From IMG/VR virus record IMGVR_UViG_3300042691_024284, positions 759-64,758 of that record: a stretch of DNA of 64,000 nucleotides; one strand, 5' to 3'. Positions 46,488-54,664 of the stretch are shown piece after piece. A model generated the notes under the pieces. It ran no database searches and had not been told where the DNA came from. It worked only from the letters and a program-made list of their open reading frames with translations. Numbering within the stretch: position 1 is the first letter of the stretch; the number at the start of each line of letters is the position of its first letter. The stretch comes from a virus. Lineage: Duplodnaviria > Caudoviricetes. A program made the position numbers and the translations under genes.

Positions 46488-47448
46488 GTGAAGATAAAAG
46501 TGAGTGGCGTTCCCTACGAGGTTGAAACGCTAGCCCTACGCAAAGCAGCAGAGTTAGCGTTGGATGCGTTAGATATTTACCGTGAACATGATGCTGAGAA
46601 CATTGGGTTGGCAGATGCGGCATACGAAGCACTACGCCAAGCACTAGCGCAACCGGAATGGGTTGGGCTGACGGATGAGGATTTGGAACCTATGTGCGAT
46701 GACTGGAGAATTGTTTTTGGCTCATATGTGCATGATTTTGCCAAAGCGATTGAAGCCAAAATAAAGGAGAAGAACACATGACTGACCTACGCAAAGCAGC
46801 AGAGATGGCGTTAAAAGTTTTGAATGTTGGGTCTAATGAAGTTATCCCAAATAATTACGAAAAAATGGCTAGTGAAGCAGCCAGACGCCTTAATGATGCG
46901 TTATCTAATTTATCTACTTTGGAATGGTTCGATGCGCCAACAAAAACTGAATGGGGCGAAATGATGGTAAAGACCTCAATAGAAATTGATGCTAATCATT
47001 ACTTTGATGTGTATTGCGAAAGATCGCAAAAAGAAAATGTTGAATTATTGCTTGGAGTCAAAAAGCGTGAATGGGCTGGGCTAAGCCGTGACGAGGTTGA
47101 CTATTGTTTTGAGCAGAACGTGGTTAGAAAATTTGATCAAGACGGGACAGAGCAAGGATTTGTCAGCATCTATCAAGCAGCTCAAGCAATTGAAACCGAA
47201 TTAAAGGAGAAGAACACATGAGCAAGCAGGCACTAGACGCGCTTGGCGTTGCAATAACAAACGCAGGGTACACGTGGACACCTGAGATGCGAAGCGCTTA
47301 TGAAAAAGGTATTCGTGAGAGTGAATGGGTTGGGCTGACGGATGAGGAAATTGAGGAGTGCAAGATCAACGGCGGCTTACCACACGCCATCAATTGGAGG
47401 CTTTCTGTAAAGGTCATGCAAGCCAAACTAAAGGAGAAGAACACTTGA
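46488..47448 (+). other. Three paralogous small ORFs (about 46488-46781, 46778-47221, 47218-47448) sharing EW.GL..EE and ..KEKNT ends
   Basis: Repeated AAAGGAGAAGAACAC(A/T)TGA junction. Confidence 0.75.
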
Positions 47449-47696
47449 GCGACGGGGGCAAAGGCTCGGCGCCCAGGCCGATAGAAGATTGGGCGCGCTT
47501 TGAGAAAAATTGGGACGAGATATTTAAACCAAAAGTAAAGTCGCCATGCGTGGAGGTTTGCTTTTTAAACTTCGAGCAAGGCATGTGTATGGGCTGCAAG
47601 CGCACGTTAAACGAAATAGAAAACTGGTCCTCGATGAGCACAGAACAAAAACGCGCGCTCGTCGAGGCGTTGAAAACTAGGGAGCTGCATGGGTAA
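47445..47696 (+). CDS. DUF1289-like Cys protein
   Basis: SPC..VC......C.GC.RT..EI..W motif; TTG start at the repeat junction. Confidence 0.75.
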   Translation: MSDGGKGSAPRPIEDWARFEKNWDEIFKPKVKSPCVEVCFLNFEQGMCMGCKRTLNEIENWSSMSTEQKRALVEALKTRELHG

Positions 47697-48270
47697 AAAC
47701 TGGGGGTACTACCACGTCGACTGCGGACATTTTCCTGCGGAGATAAAGCTGTGTTTCTCCAACGAAATGTTCCAGCGCGTGTTGCTTGATCATGGCATCA
47801 CAGCCAAAGCGACAGCCTTGGACGAAGGCATCGCGGAGACACACTATCTTACCGACGGCAAGATGGGTGTGATTGTCATGGTGTTTGATCTAAAAGAATG
47901 CATCGACGAGGACCCGGCTTACTTGGCCGGCGTCATCGCGCACGAGGCTACGCATTGCGTGTGCCGCGTGTTTGAGCACATTGGGGAAGAGCCTGACGAA
48001 ATTGGCGAAGAGTCCCGCGCGTATCTCACCGAACACATTGTGAAACAAATCACAACCGGCATACGCATGGAGATGGAAAAAGATGTTAGAAAAACAAATA
48101 GAGCAGTACCTGGGGAAAAAGGTAAAGGAAAACGGGGGCCTGAGCCTAAAGTGGATAAGCACGATAACGGGGGTGCCGGATCGAATAGTATTCCTAAACA
48201 AAAAGATCCACCTGGTGGAGCTAAAAACAAGCGGCGGCGTGTTATCAGAAAGGCAAAAGATAGTCTTTAA
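47689..48270 (+). CDS. HExxH metallopeptidase-like protein
   Basis: IAHEATH...EE..AYL. Confidence 0.65.
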   Translation: MGKNWGYYHVDCGHFPAEIKLCFSNEMFQRVLLDHGITAKATALDEGIAETHYLTDGKMGVIVMVFDLKECIDEDPAYLAGVIAHEATHCVCRVFEHIGEEPDEIGEESRAYLTEHIVKQITTGIRMEMEKDVRKTNRAVPGEKGKGKRGPEPKVDKHDNGGAGSNSIPKQKDPPGGAKNKRRRVIRKAKDSL

Positions 48271-48358
48271 ACAATTAGAAGAACAAGGCTATCCGGTAAC
48301 AGTGCTGCGGTCCAGGGAGGATGTAAATGTATTTGTCAGCTCGAGAACAGTTTATTAG
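48083..48358 (+). CDS. VRR-NUC nuclease
   Basis: EKQIE, GVPDRIV, VELK and LS..Q motifs. Confidence 0.88.
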   Translation: MLEKQIEQYLGKKVKENGGLSLKWISTITGVPDRIVFLNKKIHLVELKTSGGVLSERQKIVFKQLEEQGYPVTVLRSREDVNVFVSSRTVY

Positions 48359-48845
48359 TAATGCTTTACAAAATGCTAAAAGAAGGGCGCAAAGAAAAAA
48401 TGTTCCGTTTGATCTTGATAAGGAATATTTATTATCAATCGCAGGAGAACGTTGCCCTGTGTTTGAAACAATTTTTGTTTGGAGAGCTTCCGGGCTAGGC
48501 AGAGGACGCACAGAGCCAAATTCCCCATCACTTGACAGAGTTGTACCAGAGTTAGGTTATGTGAAGGGAAATATGGTTTTTATTTCGCACGTTGCAAACA
48601 AAGTAAAACAAGACGCAACCGAAAAAGAATTGTACGCCGTGGCCGATTGGCTGCACGACAAACGTAAAGAGGTGTTAGATGCTTTCAAAGACAAACTTCC
48701 ACGACTACCAGAACCGTGTGTTACACCAGGCAGAAAAACTGCCGCACGTTGGCCTTTTCCTGGAGCCGGGCCTGGGAAAGACAGTGACAGCACTCAGCAT
48801 CATCAAGGAGAGCTCTTCGGGCCGGACACTGGTAGTGGCACCTAA
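48327..48845 (+). CDS. Putative HNH-like endonuclease
   Basis: CPV, SPSLDR..P.LGYVKGN...IS..AN..K. Confidence 0.7.
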   Translation: MYLSAREQFISNALQNAKRRAQRKNVPFDLDKEYLLSIAGERCPVFETIFVWRASGLGRGRTEPNSPSLDRVVPELGYVKGNMVFISHVANKVKQDATEKELYAVADWLHDKRKEVLDAFKDKLPRLPEPCVTPGRKTAARWPFPGAGPGKDSDSTQHHQGELFGPDTGSGT

Positions 48846-50013
48846 GCGCGTCGCTGAGTCTGTATGGGCGCAGGAATGTCAAAAGTGGGAACACTTAAAA
48901 AATTTGAAGGTTGTAAAAATAATGGGCACGCCACGGGATCGATTGTTGGCGTTGCACGGAAATCACGATATTTACATTATCAATGTCGACAATTTAGCGT
49001 GGCTTGTCGACAATTGGATTCCTGGAAAGTTTGATTATTTAATTATTGATGAAAGCTCTCGGTTTAAAGATCCCAGCACAAAACGTTTTAAAGCACTAAA
49101 GACTGTGCTGCGCTCTTTCAAACGACGAATCATAACCACCGGCACACCGACGCCGCAGGGCATGGGGGATCTATGGTCCCAAGTAGCCATCCTTGATCTC
49201 GGCTCCCGTCTTGAAACAAGCCTCACAAAGTTTAGAGATAAGTACATGCACGCCACCGAGCGTAACCGGCACACCAATGTTGTGTATAAGTGGGAGGTGC
49301 GCCCCGGTATGGACAAAGTAATTACAGACAGAATCTCAGACATTTGTTTTAGTTTGAAAGCAGAAGATTATTTAACATTGCCAGAGTTAACTAAACTCCA
49401 TCACAGAATAGAGCTGGAGCCGGATCTCATGGCCAAGTACAAAACCTTAAAAAAGGAGATGGTCAGTGAGATCGATGGTCAGCAAATTACGGCGATTACG
49501 GCGGCGACGCTTGTCAATAAGCTTTTACAGTTTACCAGTGGCACCCTTTACACCGAAGACAATAATCGTGCGTTCGCACACTCGGCCAAGATTGAATTTC
49601 TGGAGTCGCTTGTTGAAGAAAACAGCGCCCCGACTCTGGTCTTTTATCACTATAAGTCGGCGCTAGAAAAGCTGCGGGAAGTTTTTCCATACGCTGAGCT
49701 GTTGACTGATGACAATATAGAAAGGTGGAGAGATGGCAAAATTAAGATGATGCTGGCGCATCCGCAATCAGGGGGCATTGGATTAAACCTACAGTGCAAC
49801 GTAGGGGATGTAGCGCAGTGCGTTTGGTATGACTTACCCTGGAGCTCAGAGAATTACATCCAGGCCAACGCGCGCATTTACCGGCAGGGACAAACGAAGC
49901 CGGTCATCATTCATCATCTGATGATAAGCAAGACAATCGACGAGCAAGTTATAAAAGTGCTGGAAGGTAAGATCAGCCTGCAAGACGCGCTCATGGATTC
50001 GCTAAAAATATGA
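48679..50013 (+). CDS. SNF2-family helicase
   Basis: GLGKT, IIDESS, TGTP, G.GLNLQ and Q...R..RQGQ motifs. Confidence 0.92.
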   Translation: MLSKTNFHDYQNRVLHQAEKLPHVGLFLEPGLGKTVTALSIIKESSSGRTLVVAPKRVAESVWAQECQKWEHLKNLKVVKIMGTPRDRLLALHGNHDIYIINVDNLAWLVDNWIPGKFDYLIIDESSRFKDPSTKRFKALKTVLRSFKRRIITTGTPTPQGMGDLWSQVAILDLGSRLETSLTKFRDKYMHATERNRHTNVVYKWEVRPGMDKVITDRISDICFSLKAEDYLTLPELTKLHHRIELEPDLMAKYKTLKKEMVSEIDGQQITAITAATLVNKLLQFTSGTLYTEDNNRAFAHSAKIEFLESLVEENSAPTLVFYHYKSALEKLREVFPYAELLTDDNIERWRDGKIKMMLAHPQSGGIGLNLQCNVGDVAQCVWYDLPWSSENYIQANARIYRQGQTKPVIIHHLMISKTIDEQVIKVLEGKISLQDALMDSLKI

Positions 50014-50928
50014 ATGTTATAAAATATAAAAAGAATGCTGTAGCCCCTCGCTTGTCCGACGAAGAGCCGGATCTTATGGAGCAGGAGGATGTTGAGGGGA
50101 TAACAATAACGCAAGGGGACGGGTGGCTGCCATGGACTCACGACGACTTAATTGATATACGTCGCGTCATCGACGAACGTATGCCAATTAAGCAACGCGA
50201 GATCATGGAGGCGTTTCTTGTTGGTAACACCGCAGCAGATTTAGGTGTCACGGAAAAGTATTGGCGCTACCATTTTAAACGCGCGGTGGAGTTTATAAAA
50301 AAGGAACTCGGGGTATGAAACATTACGGAACATTGATACAGCTAGAAACGACGCTTATAGATTTAGATCTGTTTGTTTCTACTATGCGCACTCTTGTCGG
50401 GGGCGTTGAAGAAGTCAACAGAAAAGATATAACAAACATGATGTATTTTATGTTAGACCGCGTTGAGAACATCCAACAGCGCAGCCAAGAAACTTTTCAA
50501 ATACTTTTTGATGAGATAAAAAATGAAAAACCAGAAAAAAAGCCCGTTCGCAAAGCCAGATAGATTTGACCTTGAGCAAGCCCTTTTGGCTCTGTGGGGC
50601 ACCGCCGATGATTTGATGTTGTTTTACGAGCACTACTACACGCACCACGAGTCCATGTCAGTGGATGATGTGGCCAACGCGTTGTTGGGTTTGCACCAGC
50701 TTACCCACATGCGCGCACAAAAAGCCTTTAACATTTTTGAAAGTCTTGTACATGAAAATCCCAAAAAATCTTCTAACCCCGTTTAAAAACCCTTTTGTCG
50801 AAGCTAAACGCCAGGAGCTGGCCATAGCTATGACTAAAAAGATGATCAACGAGGCCATCAAAGACGGCAAAGGCCTAGCAAAAGAGCGTGATGCAATGAA
50901 GGGCCAAAAACCTAAAGATTCTGCATAA
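50010..50928 (+). other. Four small ORFs (50010-50318, 50315-50563, 50523-50786, about 50752-50928); the first may end in an HTH
   Basis: Overlapping plus-strand ORFs. Confidence 0.55.
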
Positions 50929-50932
50929 GTAG
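50922..50932 (+). promoter_or_regulatory. Phage-specific promoter motif TGCATAAGTAG
   Basis: Repeated motif. Confidence 0.7.
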
Positions 50933-51005
50933 GTGTAGGCACGTCGGGAGACGTCCCGCAGGCCGGGTGTAAGCCCCGGCACCTATTAAATTAAGTGAGG
51001 AAGCT

Positions 51006-51140
51006 ATGAAAAAAGTATTAGCAGCTGTCATGTCAGGCCTTTTTGCTCTGACCGCCGTCCCCGCTCTTGCAGCTGACAAAAAGGCAGACAAGCCGGCCGA
51101 GAAAAAAGCGGCCGACAAGAAGGCAGAGAAAAAGAAATAA
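51006..51140 (+). CDS. 44-aa secreted Lys/Ala-rich peptide
   Basis: MKKVLAAVMSGLFALTAVPALA-ADKKADKPAEKKAADKKAEKKK; Sec signal with A-x-A site; RBS GAGG. Confidence 0.7.
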   Translation: MKKVLAAVMSGLFALTAVPALAADKKADKPAEKKAADKKAEKKK

Positions 51141-51221
51141 GGGGTTGGAATAGTTTCGACGTGGGCCAAGGCCTAAGCGGCAACCTTGCGGACCTGGGTG
51201 CGATTCCCAGCAACTCCACCA
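51141..51221 (+). ncRNA. Minimal tmRNA-like RNA (tRNA-like domain only)
   Basis: GGGGTTG/CAACTCC-ACCA with G3.U70; TTTCGAC loop; GAC linker; T-arm CTGGG-TGCGATT-CCCAG. Confidence 0.8.
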
Positions 51222-51260
51222 ATACGAAAATGTCTGTACTTATTAAAAAGGTCCTACAAA

Positions 51261-51449
51261 ATGGAAGACTTTAAATGCCTACCCAAGATGGCAACCGGCG
51301 GCTCAGCCAAGCCGGGGCTGTATGCCAACATCCACGCCAAGCGCGAGCGAATCGAGCGCGGCTCTGGTGAGAAAATGCGCAAGCCCGGGTCCGAGGGCGC
51401 GCCTACAGCTAAGGCATTCAGGGAGTCAGCCAAGACGGCCAAAAAATAA
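51261..51449 (+). CDS. Small basic virion-type protein
   Basis: MEDFK..KMATGG..PGLYANIHAKRERI..GSGEKMRKPG. Confidence 0.7.
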   Translation: MEDFKCLPKMATGGSAKPGLYANIHAKRERIERGSGEKMRKPGSEGAPTAKAFRESAKTAKK

Positions 51450-51451
51450 AT

Positions 51452-51841
51452 ATGGCGAAATCGAAGCACGAATTTAAACCCGAGATGTGCGACACGCTCA
51501 TCGAGATGGGTAAATCCGGAGCATCACAAAAGATGATGTGGTCCGCGCTCGGCATCTCGGCCGGCGTGGCCGACACATGGAAAAAGAAGTACCCCGAGTT
51601 TGCTGATTCACTTGGTGTGGCGCTGGTCCACAGTCAAGCCTACTGGGAACGCGAAATGTTGGCCAACGTTGGCAACAAGGCGTTTAACTCGCGCATCGCA
51701 GAGATTGCCCTGCGTGGCCAGTTCCCGCAGGACTACAAAGAGACACGAGATCAAAAGCTAGAAGTCAAAGCAGATGTGGTAGTTGACTTTTCTGGTGCTG
51801 TCAATGACCTGATCAAAAGCCTGAAAGCAGCAAAAGAATAG
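51452..51841 (+). CDS. Putative terminase small subunit
   Basis: F.PEMC...I..G..G.S, HTH, W...YPEF..S and AYWE pattern. Confidence 0.65.
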   Translation: MAKSKHEFKPEMCDTLIEMGKSGASQKMMWSALGISAGVADTWKKKYPEFADSLGVALVHSQAYWEREMLANVGNKAFNSRIAEIALRGQFPQDYKETRDQKLEVKADVVVDFSGAVNDLIKSLKAAKE

Positions 51842-51870
51842 CGTACCCAAAAAGGGCACGGTTGTAACCA

Positions 51871-51896
51871 AAAAGGGCACTTCCAAGTGCCCTTTT
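51871..51896 (+). terminator. Hairpin AAAAGGGCAC-TTCCAA-GTGCCCTTTT
   Basis: Perfect stem with U-tract, overlapping the next promoter. Confidence 0.6.
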
Positions 51897-51906
51897 GCAT
51901 TAGTGG
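51896..51906 (+). promoter_or_regulatory. Phage-specific promoter motif TGCATTAGTGG
   Basis: Repeated motif. Confidence 0.7.
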
Positions 51907-51941
51907 GTATACGACTAACCCGCCTTATCAGGAGAACCGCC

Positions 51942-53075
51942 TTGACTGCGCACGCTATTCTTTCGGCATCTGCCTCCAAACGTTGGCTTACATGCCAACC
52001 CTCGGCCCGACTCGAGGCCAGCCTACCAGAACCCCCACGCCGATCCGGCGACTTCGACTACAGCCAAGAGGGTACAATGGCCCACACCCTGGCTGAGATA
52101 AAACTTCGTCATCAATTTGGACAGATTGGAATTGAAGAATATGAGCGCGAATACGAAATCATCAAAAACACGCCGTACTACGACGAAGAGTTCGAGCGCT
52201 ACGTCGACGACTACGTCCTCTACGTTCGTAGTCAGATTGGCGAAGGCGATACACCATTCTTTGAGCAGCGTGTGGATTTTTCTGACTTCGTACCTGACGG
52301 ATTTGGTACTGCGGATGTCATTATTATTTCCAAGCACGCAATCCGAGTCATCGATCTCAAGTTCGGAAAAGGCATCTTCGTCGAAGCCAAAGACAACCCG
52401 CAGCTCCGCCTCTACGCGCTCGGTGCGTACTGCAAGTTCAAAGACGAGTACCCGGACCTCAAAGAAGTCCACTACACAATCCACCAGCCGCGGGTAGAGA
52501 ACATCTCCACCGACGGAACAACCGTCACCAAACTGCTGGACTGGGCGCAGTACTTCGTAAAACCAAAAGCCAAGCGCGCGTGGGCCGGCACCGGCGAGTT
52601 CATCCCTGGAGATCACTGCCAGTTTTGCCGCGCCAAGAGCACTTGCCGGGCACGCAGCGACTTTGTCAATGAAGTGGCCAAGCTCGAGTTTAGAGAGCCG
52701 GCGCTGCTGACTGACGAGGAGCTCGAGCTGGTGTTCTCGCGAGCAGCCGATCTGAAGTCTTGGGTTAGCGACGTCGAGGGTTACTTTACCGAGCGCGCAA
52801 TCAGGGACAACCTAATGCCCGCCGGATATAAGTTAGTGAGTACTCGCACACATCGTAAGATTTCTGACCCGCCTCTTGCGGCTCAGGTGTTGCTGGAGAA
52901 TAATTTCAAAGAGGATGACATCTGGGAGCCAAGGACTTTGAGATCGATTGCACAGCTCGAGAAACTGTCTAAAAAGGGCCATGTTGCCTCTCTGCTGGGT
53001 GGGTTGATAGTCAGGCCAGAGGGAAACCAAAAGCTCGTCAAGGACGAGAATTCAGCCACAGAGGACTTCAAATGA
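51942..53075 (+). CDS. DUF2800 PD-(D/E)XK (Cas4-like) nuclease
   Basis: HA.LSAS...RW..C, EGT.AH, FGTAD, IDLK.G.G, NPQL.LYALG and HCQFC motifs; TTG start after AGGAG. Confidence 0.9.
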   Translation: MTAHAILSASASKRWLTCQPSARLEASLPEPPRRSGDFDYSQEGTMAHTLAEIKLRHQFGQIGIEEYEREYEIIKNTPYYDEEFERYVDDYVLYVRSQIGEGDTPFFEQRVDFSDFVPDGFGTADVIIISKHAIRVIDLKFGKGIFVEAKDNPQLRLYALGAYCKFKDEYPDLKEVHYTIHQPRVENISTDGTTVTKLLDWAQYFVKPKAKRAWAGTGEFIPGDHCQFCRAKSTCRARSDFVNEVAKLEFREPALLTDEELELVFSRAADLKSWVSDVEGYFTERAIRDNLMPAGYKLVSTRTHRKISDPPLAAQVLLENNFKEDDIWEPRTLRSIAQLEKLSKKGHVASLLGGLIVRPEGNQKLVKDENSATEDFK

Positions 53076-53486
53076 GCCCACAGATATTCCTCAGCATGGT
53101 GGGGCTTATGTACATCGCCACCTGTTTGTCATACTTCAAAGTCCGCCGCATAGGTATGATGGTGGCGTTTATAGGCTACACTATCGGGCAGATCGGTTTG
53201 ATAATTGACGCCTATGAAATGGGTGGCAATGATAGTAGTTGAGAACGGCAAAAAGTTTCATGTGCCAGATTCATTGATTGAAGATTACAAAAATGATTTT
53301 CACGATATGAAAAATAACCATGATCGCGATTTGCTGACAGCTTTTAGAAACGCGATAATAATTCTGTTAGAGATGGCCAGAAAAGATGCAAATCTTTTGG
53401 AAGACCCTGACTTTATTAAGGATATTATCAGGGCCCTCGCTGTACGGGAGGCCCTGAAGCAAACTAAAATGTTGTACGATGCATGA
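53072..53486 (+). other. Two small ORFs (53072-53242 membrane protein; 53229-53486)
   Basis: Coupled ORFs. Confidence 0.55.
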
Positions 53487-53520
53487 TTCCACATCGCGCA
53501 ATAAAAAAGTATGCAGTTTT

Positions 53521-53531
53521 TGCATAAGTAG
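53521..53531 (+). promoter_or_regulatory. Phage-specific promoter motif TGCATAAGTAG
   Basis: Repeated motif upstream of SSB gene. Confidence 0.7.
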
Positions 53532-53592
53532 TAGTACGGGATTGAAGAGCTAACCCGCTAAATCGGCTCAAACGTCTAACAAGGAAGCCAAG

Positions 53593-54105
53593 ATGGCAAA
53601 AGCAATTAAAGTAGTGACAGGTAAAGTTCGTTTTTCTTACGCTCATGTGTTTCAGCCCCAAACTCCCAACGAGGGCGGCACACCAAAGTACTCCGTGTCT
53701 TTAATTATCTCTAAGAGCGATAAAGAAACCATCGACAAAATCAACAAGGCTGTTGAAGAGGCCAAGAAAGAGTACGCATCCATTTGGGGCGGCACTGTTC
53801 CTAAAGGTCTCAAGGGCGGTCTGCGCGATGGCGACGCAGAGAAAGACGATCCTGCTTACGAAAATTCGTATTTCATCAACGCAAACTCTACGCAAAAACC
53901 TGGAGTTGTCGACGCTGATCTAAACTCGATCCTAGATGTGTCAGAGTTTTACTCGGGCTGCTATGGTCGCGCTTCAATCAGCTTCTACGGCTACAATAGC
54001 AATGGCTCCAAAGGTATTGGCTGCGGCTTAAACAACGTCCAGAAGATGGAGGACGGCGAGAAGCTTGGCGGCGCCACAAGCGCTGCGGCAGACTTTGCGA
54101 TTTAA
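53593..54105 (+). CDS. DUF2815 (Enc34-type) ssDNA-binding protein
   Basis: VRFSYA.VF.P, KYS..LII.K.D, LRDGD, YSGCY.R and G..CGLNNVQK..DGE motifs. Confidence 0.9.
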   Translation: MAKAIKVVTGKVRFSYAHVFQPQTPNEGGTPKYSVSLIISKSDKETIDKINKAVEEAKKEYASIWGGTVPKGLKGGLRDGDAEKDDPAYENSYFINANSTQKPGVVDADLNSILDVSEFYSGCYGRASISFYGYNSNGSKGIGCGLNNVQKMEDGEKLGGATSAAADFAI

Positions 54106-54175
54106 AAAACTAAGACGCGACATCCGCATACACCTTTTACGGTGTATGCGGCAAGCTTCTGTACAGGAGAAAAAA

Positions 54176-54541
54176 TTGAAAACTAAAGCAGCAGAAAAAA
54201 TGAGCTTTTATCGGTTCTTCCCCAACAACCAAAACTTCGTAGTTGCTTCGGGCGAAGCTCGCAGCCCCTCGGACTTTTGGATGTCGTTAGATTTTGGTGA
54301 TGGCATTGATAAAGCCTCATTCTCGTTTGGTGACTGGGACAACAAAGCCTCCATGGAAATGCTCAAGAGCATGCAACGTGCTGTTGAGGAAGCAATTCAC
54401 TTCTATGAGAAGGCCCTCAATCTTCCAAAAGTTGGTAACTTCTCAAAAAATTACGACGAAATGTTAAAAGGTTTAACGCCGGTGGTTCCCAAAAAGAAAC
54501 CCGCGGCAAAGAAAGCAGCAAAGACCAAAGCTAAATCGTAA
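54176..54541 (+). CDS. Hypothetical protein with Lys/Ala-rich tail
   Basis: TTG after AGGAG (alternative ATG 54200); preceded by a 10-bp-stem hairpin at 54124-54151. Confidence 0.6.
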   Translation: MKTKAAEKMSFYRFFPNNQNFVVASGEARSPSDFWMSLDFGDGIDKASFSFGDWDNKASMEMLKSMQRAVEEAIHFYEKALNLPKVGNFSKNYDEMLKGLTPVVPKKKPAAKKAAKTKAKS

Positions 54542-54664
54542 TTTTTCCAAAGCAGTAAACCGCCTTCTTCTAATATTTAAGACGCCCGGCTGTGCGGGTG
54601 AATGTGGTGTGAAAATCCCACAGGCGGCTTCTTTTACTTCACCATTTACCAAAAAGAAAAATAC

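Noticed and set aside
50930-50985. tRNA-like element after the late promoter
   Set aside because: Two hairpins are present, but the closing stem overlaps the promoter and there is no CCA end; evidence is insufficient.
51063-51074. ALAA as a tmRNA tag from a permuted two-piece gene
   Set aside because: ALAA is internal, at the signal peptidase site, and not followed by a stop; the tRNA-like ends are in normal order.
51141-51221. Canonical tRNA-Ala
   Set aside because: No D-stem or 7-nt anticodon loop; the UUCGAC and GAC elements fit tmRNA better.
51942-53075. CRISPR-associated Cas4
   Set aside because: This is the common DUF2800 nuclease of the phage replication module next to SSB and PolA.
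54560-54634. Cobalamin riboswitch
   Set aside because: Too short and lacks the B12 box and GCCACUG-type core; kept only as a low-interest structure.
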